Shown here piece after piece: positions 9,915-17,500 of a stretch of 54,556 nt of DNA (the stretch's first letter is position 1; every line of letters begins with the position of its first letter). Origin of the DNA: a virus (taxonomy: Duplodnaviria; Caudoviricetes); the IMG/VR virus record IMGVR_UViG_3300032250_000707, positions 1-54,556 of that record; one strand, given 5' to 3'. The notes under the pieces are model-generated. The model had not been told where the DNA came from and searched no databases. It saw only the letters and a list, made by a program, of their open reading frames with translations. The position numbers were made by a program, and so were the translations under genes.

Positions 9915-10874
9915 TTAGTCGCGGGTCGTGGAGATCAGATACCCGGCGTTCGGGTTGATGATCTTCTCGGTGCGGTTGGAGCGGACGCGAACGATGTCGC
10001 CGCGGCGCTTCTCGTCGCGATAGGTGTCGGTGGTGAAGAGGCCACCCTCGCTGTCGGCGTCCCAGATCATGGTGCGCCCGACACCGCCGGCCTTGAAGTC
10101 ACCGCCCTGGATGTCCCCAAGGAAGAGGTAGTCGTTGCCCCACACCGGCTGGATGTTGGGGGCCTTGCCTGGCAGAGCGAGGTCGACCGTCTTGCGGGCG
10201 ATGATGATCTGCTGGAGGTTGAAGGCCTCGGCCACGATCTGGGTGGAGATATTGGATCCGCCCTGGGTGGTGTTGAGGAAGCCGTAGAGGAAGGTCTGCA
10301 TCTTCTGGCTCCTCTTGATGAGGTTCCAGAGGCGGAGCGAGAGAACGAGCGTGTTGGGCTGCTCTCCGACGTTGTTCATGGCCTCGATCGCGGCATTGAT
10401 GTCAGCGGGGACATCCATGGTGGCGAGGTTGGCATCCGAGTAGTCGGCAGCGGGATTACCCACGTTGAACGTGTCGGGGTCGAGGACCGTGCTCGCAACA
10501 GTCACCTCGTAATCGAGCATCACCTTTCGCATGCAATCCTTGGCCGTGATGACCTCGGCGTCGAAGAAGTGCTTCATCCGCTTGCGGATCACATCGTCGA
10601 TGCGCTCCTCGTGACCGAACTCCTCGGTCTGGTAGTTGTCCCACTCGAACGAGATGTTGCTCTCGTTGTAAGTGCCGGACTGATTGCGCTTCTGGCTCTG
10701 CTTTTTGAGCAGGCCGCCGGAGGCGATGCGGAACTTGGGATAGCGCCCATACTCCATCTCGCTCTCGTTGACGGGCAGCACAAGCTGTCCGATGAATTGC
10801 TCGTCCTGGTGAACCGCCTCCATAAGGACGGTGGAGAGGTCGATGCGGGGAACTGCGTCGGTCGTGTTATACAT
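9915..10874 (-). CDS. Major capsid protein (lambda gpE-like, 319 aa)
   Basis: Size and position after decoration protein; PNTLVLS...W...L and terminal DIVRVRS...EKIINPNAGYLI typical of gpE-like capsids. Confidence 0.85.
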   Translation of the reverse strand: MYNTTDAVPRIDLSTVLMEAVHQDEQFIGQLVLPVNESEMEYGRYPKFRIASGGLLKKQSQKRNQSGTYNESNISFEWDNYQTEEFGHEERIDDVIRKRMKHFFDAEVITAKDCMRKVMLDYEVTVASTVLDPDTFNVGNPAADYSDANLATMDVPADINAAIEAMNNVGEQPNTLVLSLRLWNLIKRSQKMQTFLYGFLNTTQGGSNISTQIVAEAFNLQQIIIARKTVDLALPGKAPNIQPVWGNDYLFLGDIQGGDFKAGGVGRTMIWDADSEGGLFTTDTYRDEKRRGDIVRVRSNRTEKIINPNAGYLISTTRD

Positions 10875-10905
10875 GGTCGTGTGTCAGTTGAGGGTTGGTC
10901 TTGAG

Positions 10906-11262
10906 TTAGAGCAGCACGACATGGATGCGGCCGCCGGTGGATCCGGCAGGGGCTGCGTCCCAGGCGATGGCGGCAGGCGTGCCGCCGTTGGCGTGTTCGA
11001 CGAAGGTGCCGCCCGCGTGGAGGTCGAGCAGGTCGCCGCTTGCGACGGCGGTATCGCTGCCCAGGACGACCTCATGGAGGCCGCCGCGCTTGAGGAAGAC
11101 ATCGACGGCCTTGCCGGCGGCGGCTCCGGTGACGAGCACCCCGATCGGGGTGTCGGTGGCCCCCGCCAGGTCAATGCCGGCGGAGGTGAGTTTGACGGCC
11201 TTGTATTCCTGGCCGGAGAGATCGGAGGCGGCGATGCCGCTGACAACATTATTGAAGTTCAT
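10906..11262 (-). CDS. Capsid decoration/cement protein (118 aa)
   Basis: A.SDLSG.EYKAVKL...PIGVL...A.G...G.I.V.L pattern; between scaffold and capsid genes. Confidence 0.75.
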   Translation of the reverse strand: MNFNNVVSGIAASDLSGQEYKAVKLTSAGIDLAGATDTPIGVLVTGAAAGKAVDVFLKRGGLHEVVLGSDTAVASGDLLDLHAGGTFVEHANGGTPAAIAWDAAPAGSTGGRIHVVLL

Positions 11263-11293
11263 GACTGTTGGTTCCTTGGTTGAGGTGAGGGGA

Positions 11294-12544
11294 TTAGGCG
11301 CCCTGGGCTTCGAGCCAATCGCGGTGAAGCTCGGGGTTGGTCTTGATCACGGCCTCGAAGGCCTTGGCGCGGGATTTGCCGCTCTTTTCGATCTCGGAGA
11401 CCTTCTGCTCGAACTCGTGGACCCTGCCGCCCTTGGAGGTGACAGGGGAGATGGTCCCGTCAGCCGAGAAGGAGAGGACGCGGGTGCCGGTCTTGATGGC
11501 GTGGAGAAGGGTCTCGTTGCGCGCCTTGAGAGCACTCACCTCATCCTTGAGGGCGCTGTTCTCGGCGCTGAAAGCCTTCAGGTTGGCCTCGATCGTGTCG
11601 AAGTGATGGGCGGTCTCGGCGGCCTCGGCGGCGGCGTCCTCCCGGGAGAGGCGGGCCTGCAGCATGCGAACCTCTCGGGTCAGCGAGGAGAGGGCGGTGC
11701 CAGCCTCGGCGGGCGCAGCAGCACCAGCCTCGGAGCCTTCACCCTCTCCGGCGGCATGTTCGGCCTGGAGGGCGACGATGCCGGCGGCATCCTCTTCGGT
11801 GATTTCGCCAGCGGCGACGAGATCGGAGATCTGCTCCTCGCTCAGGGAGAGAATCTCCTCGAGCGTGGGGCCTTCCTCGTCGTGGGCGGCTTCCTGGATT
11901 GCGGCGATCTGCTGCCCCTGGGCAGCGACCGTCTCTTGGAGTCCTGTGATCGCGGCAAGGACATCCTTCAGGGTCGGTTCCTGCGCGCCGGTGGGGTTGG
12001 TGTTGTTTTCCATAGAGGTTTCGTCTTCACCACGCCCGTCAACTAAGTCGGGCAATTTGGCCTGCAGGAGTCCCGACGGATTGGCCGCGGGAGTGGCCAC
12101 TAAATCGACGGAAATCAAATCGCTGCAACGGGCGGCCATGAGCTTCTTGCCCTCCTTCTCGATCGGCTCGTCATCCCCAAGGAATGCTGCGGAAAGGCCC
12201 ACGTTCTTGGGCATGCGCTCGGCAAGCTCCATCGCCTGCTCGTACTGCGAATGGCTCTTGAGAAGGTGCCAGTCGGCCTTGAGCTGATTGCCCTCAAGAT
12301 AGAAGTTCTTGAGGTAGCCATTGACCGCATCGGCGCCGGTCTTGTGGTTCCACTTGGTCGGGACGGTTCCCATCTTCTCGCCGCACTCCTTGATCTGGCG
12401 AAGCGTGGTCATGTCCACCTCCAGGTCATGGCCGCGTGCGGTCACTCCGGCCGTAATGACGGAAACGCCGCGAATGATGCCGTTTCCCCGATCCACCTGG
12501 ACTCCAGAGAGTCCCAATCCATTGTCGAAAAGATGCTGCTTCAT
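11294..12544 (-). CDS. Prohead protease with C-terminal scaffold (416 aa)
   Basis: N-terminal domain IRGVSVIT.G..RGH...NH...VGLS...SVDLVATPAAN.GL; acidic coiled-coil C-terminal half; probable internal scaffold start at 12013. Confidence 0.8.
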   Translation of the reverse strand: MKQHLFDNGLGLSGVQVDRGNGIIRGVSVITAGVTARGHDLEVDMTTLRQIKECGEKMGTVPTKWNHKTGADAVNGYLKNFYLEGNQLKADWHLLKSHSQYEQAMELAERMPKNVGLSAAFLGDDEPIEKEGKKLMAARCSDLISVDLVATPAANPSGLLQAKLPDLVDGRGEDETSMENNTNPTGAQEPTLKDVLAAITGLQETVAAQGQQIAAIQEAAHDEEGPTLEEILSLSEEQISDLVAAGEITEEDAAGIVALQAEHAAGEGEGSEAGAAAPAEAGTALSSLTREVRMLQARLSREDAAAEAAETAHHFDTIEANLKAFSAENSALKDEVSALKARNETLLHAIKTGTRVLSFSADGTISPVTSKGGRVHEFEQKVSEIEKSGKSRAKAFEAVIKTNPELHRDWLEAQGA

Positions 12545-12669
12545 GCCCCTATGGGGGACATGTCAACGAATCGCCGAAGCGGCGATTTAGGAGTTAGAAG
12601 CTAGTAGCCAGTAGATAGGGGGGGGGAGAGGCTCCCACCCCCCAACTGCCGCTGACGCGGCGGGATGGC

Positions 12670-13488
12670 TCAGAGCGTGGTGCCTCCGCTACCGACCCCG
12701 CCACCCGGGGCCTCCTCACCGGCGGGTGCCTTGATCGATTTGGCGCGATAGGCCTTGATCTTGCGCGAGAGCTGACTCTCCCCTCCCCCGACGCGCTCAT
12801 CGATGGCGGCTACGTTGCGCTCCGGTTCCTGCGTGCCGTAGGCGGCGCGCATGGCGTCAGGGGTGAGACCGCTCTCGATATTGGGCTCATACTGGCCGTT
12901 GGCATTGCGCGGACGGGAATCGAACTGACGGAGACGGGAGGAGTGCGCAGATAGCTCTCGCAGCCGATCGGAAAACGATTTGGTCTCCTCCGAGGCGCCG
13001 GTAACGCGGCGACCGATCTTATAGGACCGCGCCTTGGATTCCTCGGCAAGGGTTCCGACCGCCTGGATCAGGCCCTGATCGGTCTGCCCTCGGGAGAGTT
13101 CGTTGATGCGGTATTGGATTTCTTTTTCCCGGTCCAGAAGCTCGGGGAAGATCTCCGAGCGAGACATGCCCTGCATGAACGCCAGGGCGGAGGATTGGAT
13201 CTCGGGAAGCCCGAACGACAGCCCCTCGCCAATCATGAGTTCGATCAGTTTGTCGTAGGAAGCCTCGTAGGTTCCGTAGAGTTCTCCCAGAAACTCGTGA
13301 TCCTCGAAGAACGATTGTCCGGAGGTCAGATTGTGAGCGTTGTGCGCGTAGAGCTGTAGGCCCCGGAAGAGAGCAGCCAGATCGATCAGATCCTCCACCA
13401 GGGAAGTGCCGCCCTCGGGCTTTTCCAGTTCGGAAAAGGAGCGCAACAGGGCGCAACGGGCCGAAAGTTCGCGGAGACGCGTGATCAT
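12670..13488 (-). CDS. Putative head cargo protein with ferritin/Dps-like domain plus short C-terminal module (272 aa)
   Basis: LQLYAHNAHNLTSGQSFFEDHEFLGELY...YDKLIE matches the Dps/ferritin helix A-B pattern; two RLRELSA...F leaders. Confidence 0.65.
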   Translation of the reverse strand: MITRLRELSARCALLRSFSELEKPEGGTSLVEDLIDLAALFRGLQLYAHNAHNLTSGQSFFEDHEFLGELYGTYEASYDKLIELMIGEGLSFGLPEIQSSALAFMQGMSRSEIFPELLDREKEIQYRINELSRGQTDQGLIQAVGTLAEESKARSYKIGRRVTGASEETKSFSDRLRELSAHSSRLRQFDSRPRNANGQYEPNIESGLTPDAMRAAYGTQEPERNVAAIDERVGGGESQLSRKIKAYRAKSIKAPAGEEAPGGGVGSGGTTL

Positions 13489-13493
13489 GGCGC

Positions 13494-14348
13494 TTAGACA
13501 ACCTTGCGCAGCCCGGAGAGGAGCCCGCGGATCTTTGATCCCAAGCCACCGGCGGCAGCTCCCGCACGGTAGAGCGGAGATGCTTTCTTAAGATCATCGC
13601 CAGCCTCGACCACCTTGGCAGTCCCGCCCAAACCGTGAGCGGCATCGACCGAAGGGGCGACTCCGCCAACCCTGGCCGAGTCATGCGAGAGCGGGGAATT
13701 GGTGGCCGCCGTGGCGACCGATCCGGATCCAGCACTGGTGGAGGGAGGATTAAATCCCTTGGAAAAGCCTCCCTTGAAATCATTGATTGCGGCGCCATAG
13801 GCCTGACCGACACCGCCAGCGCCTGCGCCATACTTGCGCATCACGGCCTGGTGGCCGAGGACAGCCCCAGCACCGAGACCGGCACCGGCCGCGGCATCAA
13901 GGATCGGATGGCCATTCTCATCGACCTTCTGATCGAAGGACTTCAGCGTGGAGGATTTCTCAGCCAGCTCCTTGAGGCGGTCGGCGGCCGAGAAGCGCTT
14001 GCCGGCGAGGGAACGGATCTTGGCAATCACATCGCTTCCCGCCTTCTTGTAGGCCTGCCCCACGGGAACGGAAACCTGCTTGGGCTTGATGAAGCGCCCC
14101 TTCTCACGGCGCAGGGTCTCCGTGCCATACTTCTTCATGACACCCACATGAGCCGCTCCAAGTCCGGCTCCGGCGAGGGCTGCCCCACCGGCGGCCTCGG
14201 CAATCCCGGGGCCATTGTAATGGTTCTCGATGCCGGTGAAATGCCCGTCCTTGTCGTAGGAGGCTTCGTTTTTGGTCAGGAGACCGAATTCTTTGACGGT
14301 CGAAGTGGTTTTGGCCGAAAGTTCGCGGAGGCGGGAAAGGGCGTTCAT
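13494..14348 (-). CDS. Putative head cargo protein with two glycine-zipper modules
   Basis: Internal repeat GAALAGAGLGAAHVGVMKKYG / GAGLGAGAVLGHQAVMRKYG, each preceded by RL(R/K)EL.....K.F; start ATG 14348 or GTG 14354. Confidence 0.7.
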   Translation of the reverse strand: MNALSRLRELSAKTTSTVKEFGLLTKNEASYDKDGHFTGIENHYNGPGIAEAAGGAALAGAGLGAAHVGVMKKYGTETLRREKGRFIKPKQVSVPVGQAYKKAGSDVIAKIRSLAGKRFSAADRLKELAEKSSTLKSFDQKVDENGHPILDAAAGAGLGAGAVLGHQAVMRKYGAGAGGVGQAYGAAINDFKGGFSKGFNPPSTSAGSGSVATAATNSPLSHDSARVGGVAPSVDAAHGLGGTAKVVEAGDDLKKASPLYRAGAAAGGLGSKIRGLLSGLRKVV

Positions 14349-14370
14349 AGTCACCCCTACCAAAGGAACG

Positions 14371-14562
14371 TCAACTCGCCATGGGTGGCTGTTGGCGAGA
14401 CCGGATCTCCCTCTGAAATCCCCTCACCCGCGCCAGCAAAAGGCGCCAGTCTCCGGTGGTGGCCCTCAGTCGGAATGGAAGCCTGATCCCAGGAATCCAG
14501 ACAGCCAGAGAGAGTTCGTAGCGAGGCGGGCGATTCTTAGCAGAGGCAAGAGCAGCAGCCAT
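14371..14562 (-). CDS. Possible small hypothetical protein (63 aa)
   Basis: Starts 4 nt after the giant ORF stop and fills the gap; no motif. Confidence 0.3.
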   Translation of the reverse strand: MAAALASAKNRPPRYELSLAVWIPGIRLPFRLRATTGDWRLLLARVRGFQREIRSRQQPPMAS

Positions 14563-14565
14563 GGA

Positions 14566-17500
14566 CTACGCCTGCTTCGGAACCCAGCCCGCGAACTTCT
14601 TGGACATCGGAACGATCTTGGGTGCAGGGGCGGATGCCGCCTTCTTGGCCAACTTCGGAATGATCGGCAGGCCCGTCAGCTTGCGCGTGGCCGCGACTCC
14701 GGCCGCGGCACCGATCAGGCCGGTTCCGACAATCGCCCCTTTGAGAAGCGCTTCACGGTTTTCTTTTTTCTCGTGCCATTCCTTCTGGCGGCGGAATCGG
14801 GGGCGGGAACCAGGGGCAAAGACCCGCGCGCTCTTACCACGCGCATCGCGGACATCCCAGCCAGCCAGCGCGGCATCAAGGTCGAACTGTTTGAATTTGC
14901 GGAGCTTGGCGGCAAAGAGACTGATGCCATGCTTGCGGGCGGTGGCATCGATTTTGCGGACTTGGGGTAGAATGTGTTTTTGGCCGAGTCGGGTTTTGGC
15001 GGTGAGGGCGGCGCCTCCAAGCAAGGCAGCACCGGTGGCCGCAGTGCCCACGGCGCGGTGGAACCACGATTTTTCCCATTCGCGCCGTTGGGGTCTTCCA
15101 GCGAGATCGGTTCTCCGACCTCGGCCTGCCATGACATCTCCGGTATCACGGAGCAGGTTGGTGGCGCGGCCTCCCCACTTGTGAATTCCCTTGGCCTTGT
15201 TGTAAAAACCGCGGGCGGTCTGATAGGTCCCGAGAGTGGCCGCGTTCCCCGAAGCATCGACCAAATCTCCATGGAGGCCGAGGGCAGCCCGAGTCGGGCT
15301 CACATAGCGCTGGGAATCTCTTTCCCGAAGCTGAGAAGAATAACCGAATTCCTTCAGGGCACCCTTGATTCGCCGTCCTAGATTTTTCTTGGTCCTGTCA
15401 TCCTGACCGGCTGCGGCCAAGCGAGAATTGTTGATGGCATCGACCATCATTCCCTCGTCGGCCCCCTGGTGGGCTCCGTAAAGGGCTCCGGCACCGGCAC
15501 CGACCGCCGCGGCGACGGGAGCGCGCGAGCTTTCGATGGCATGTAGAGGGCGCCATGTCTTGGCTCCCTTGGAGAATCCTGCGGCGATCTTGGGTCCCAG
15601 CATGCCCTTCTTTAGGGCCACGGCGCCAAGCCCACCAATGGCTGCCCCAGCCAGGGCTCCACCCACGGCGGCCCGCTTGGTGAAAGCGGCGCGGTCCGAG
15701 GGATCCGGGTTTCCAAGAACCTTGTTGCCGAGCGCAGTCCCGCCACCAGCCAGGGCTCCCATGGCCCCGGCACCGATCCCCGCTGCTCGCAGGGCCGATT
15801 TGATCGATTTCCCTCGGGTCAGGAGGGCAGTTCCGCCGCCAAGCAGGGCACCGGAGGCAGCTCCGGAGATCCCGGCTTTGAGGACCTGATGAGATCCATC
15901 CTCGCGATCACGGATGGCAAATTCCTTGCTTGGGGAGGATGCCCGGAGGCGCTCCTTGATATGCTTGGCCAACACTTTTCTAAAAACAGGAACCTGACGG
16001 TGCGCCGCATCGATCGGGACGGGCAGAGCGGAGGAGTATCCGGGAATGTCTTTTTTGAGAACGGCCTCGTAGGCCTTATCCCCAATGACATGAATGCTGG
16101 GACGGGCCTTAGCGAGCTTGCGGACATAATCCCCTCGGGCGAACAGCTTGGCCTTCTTGGCCACAAGCGCACCGGCAAGTCCGACGCCAGCAACCGCGGG
16201 AAGAGCTTCCGCGCGTTTGGCCCACCGAGGGCGGTCTCCGTAGATGTCGCGCTTCTTGTTGGTCGCGGCACGGATGGCGAGGACTCCTCCCACACCGGCT
16301 CCGGCACCGAGACCGGCTCGGATGAGGCGTTGCTTGATGGTGGATCCTTTCCCGTGGGTGAGCCATCCGGCGGCGGTGCCGCCCCACGCGGCACGGTCCA
16401 TGTTGCGGTCGCGGCGATCCAGATCGCTCTCATTGACCTGCTTGACAAAGCGGTCGCGATTCACTCGGCCCGTGTAGGGGATACCATCCTCCTCGGTGCG
16501 AAGGGCAAAATTCTTTTGATTTAATGTTTTCATGGATCGGCCGTCAGCCATTAGGTGGCCAAGGATTGTTTTGGGTGCTTTCGATTTTGCGAAGCCGCGC
16601 ACGAAGCTGGGCACGCCTTTCATCGTTGCGCCGAGTTTGCCAAAAATAGTGTTCCCCTTTTTGGATCTCAGAACGTTGAGCTTTCTTAGCGCCACATCAC
16701 CTTCGGGAGTTCCCTTAGCAGCCCTGGCAAGGCGCGCGAGCTTGGTCTCCAGATCGCCGCCGATTTCATCGCCTGATTTTTTAGAAGCAATGGAGGCAAA
16801 CTTAGGCATCCGAGGAATGAAGGTCTCCCCTTCGAGACCTTGGGCACGCCTTGACTTGGCCTGAACCTTGGCCGCATATTGAGGATCAGCCTTTCCGGTC
16901 ATACTAATCTTGATTTGATTCACCATGTCATCAGTGCGGTCTTTTTGAGCTTTTATCCTCTGAGAGATGCCTGCAGCAGCTAGTCCGGCAAAAGCAGCAT
17001 CTTTTCCGATCTCACGAACACTGCGCCTGCTTTCATCGGTCACTTTCATACGATTGCCTCGGATTCCAGTCTTGGCAGAGGCGATGTGCTCGGAGGCGCC
17101 CTGAGCCAAGGCACCAAGACCGGCTCCGATCAAGGTTCCTCGATTCATTCTTCCTCCGTGAACCGGATGCCAAGCAGCAACACGACCCGCGAGGCCGCCG
17201 ATCGCGGTCGTGCGCGCCATCCTTCCAGCCTTGTGAAGAGTGGTATCCTCATCCTCAAGTCGGCCAAACATCTTTGGTTTACCGAAATAGGCTTTCAACG
17301 TGGGTAGTGCATGATTCTGCGGGTAGGACTCCGTATAGCCTGGCTTGCCTTGTTCCCCGATGCTCTTGGGGTATTTCTTCAGCCCATCACGGCGTCGTTT
17401 GAAGTGGAGATAATCCATGGGCGCCATGGCCATGGAAGGAGCCGCGGCAGCGGCAGCTCCGATCAGGGCATATTTGCCGCGTGAAGATTTTGCAGCATGA

